64,000 nt of DNA from Octopus bimaculoides. Lineage: Eukaryota. The notes below the pieces were generated by a model that did not search any database, was not told the origin of the DNA, and was given only the letters and a program-made list of their open reading frames with translations. The DNA lies in NCBI RefSeq assembly GCF_001194135.2, contig NC_068982.1:59542814-59606813 (forward strand). Reading direction: 5' to 3'. The position numbers and the translations under genes were made by a program. Shown piece by piece: positions 63,301 to 64,000 of this stretch; positions within the stretch are counted from its first letter, which is position 1; every line of letters starts with the position of its first letter.

Positions 63301-63892
63301 GTAGAGTATGCTTCTAGTCTCATATCTGGATTCTTGAATGATAACTGCTTTTGTAGAATTGGTTTTAACTAGAGCTTTTTCAATGTATAAAGCAATATCA
63401 AAGGTAAAATATCCTCACTGAGATAGTTATCGATTCAGCTATACTTTAAGTGATTCTTTAAAACAAAAAAAAAAAATTTCAAGAGTAGTAAAATAAATTT
63501 CTCTATTGCTGCAGTTGCTATTGCTTCTGCCATTATTAGTTTTGTTGTTGTTACTAATGTAATTGAGCCACAAATAAGTTCTGATCAAGCAAACTTAAGA
63601 TCAAAAGTATTTAAACTATTCCATTTTCTGATCAAGAATAGTGTCCCTTGATGTTTATTCTTGATTGAGAGCACAGGACTCAAAATATTACCAAATATGA
63701 CCTTCTTAAGACAAGGAAATTTACGAGTTATTTTTATCAGGTCAAATGACCACAACAAGTCTTTTACGAGTTATTTTTATCAGGTCAAATGATCACAATG
63801 AGGCTCTCTGTACTGCTGCTTCTTCCATCAAAGTCATCATTAACATCATCAATTTTATGTTTATATAAGTGTTGTTATTTTCAATTTCTTAC

Positions 63893-64000
63893 CCTAAATT
63901 TTGTGCTGGCAGGGTGCAAATGTTGTTTGATGCAGTCTTCAAAATGAACAAATTCCTCACTGACCACATCTGCCAGGCACCTCTATGCAGTTGGACTTCA
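63893..64000 (-). CDS. Candidate exon (3' part) at the window end
   Basis: Donor tagg|gtaaga followed by AT-rich intron-like sequence. Coding-like composition, with frame RCLADVVSEEFVHFEDCIKQHLHPASTKFR or EVQLHRGAWQMWSVRNLFILKTASNNICTLPAQNLG. Confidence 0.3.

Noticed and set aside
63721-63798. 35-bp direct repeat with 43-bp period
   Set aside because: Simple local tandem duplication with no further structure.

Overview
AT-rich, repeat-dense animal genomic DNA with no securely identifiable protein-coding gene. The SINE families, (TA)n/(CA)n/(GATA)n/(ATT)n microsatellites and N-gaps flanked by microsatellites resemble a short-read Octopus (cephalopod) assembly; this is recognition from memory, not a database result. 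Contents: dozens of tRNA-headed SINEs and (GAT)n-tailed retroposon ends, relics of RTE, Tx1/L1 and CR1/L2-like LINEs, two mariner relics (one internally deleted but keeping both TIRs), a Helitron helicase relic, a 125-bp MITE and a 343-bp fold-back element. A few weak candidate exons exist, mostly on the minus strand. Best finds: two type I hammerhead ribozyme motifs on the minus strand (19342-19402 and 45108-45213). Each has all three stems, a GUC cleavage triplet and a palindromic or near-palindromic stem III, and each lies in a short element abutting a (TA)n tract, as expected for Penelope-like/retrozyme-type elements. Each carries one non-consensus base in or next to the core. Also notable is a cluster of near-perfect hairpins at 47324-47459. 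Almost all ORFs in the supplied track are artefacts of microsatellites, N-runs or repeats. Repeat boundaries are approximate unless a TSD or TIR is quoted.
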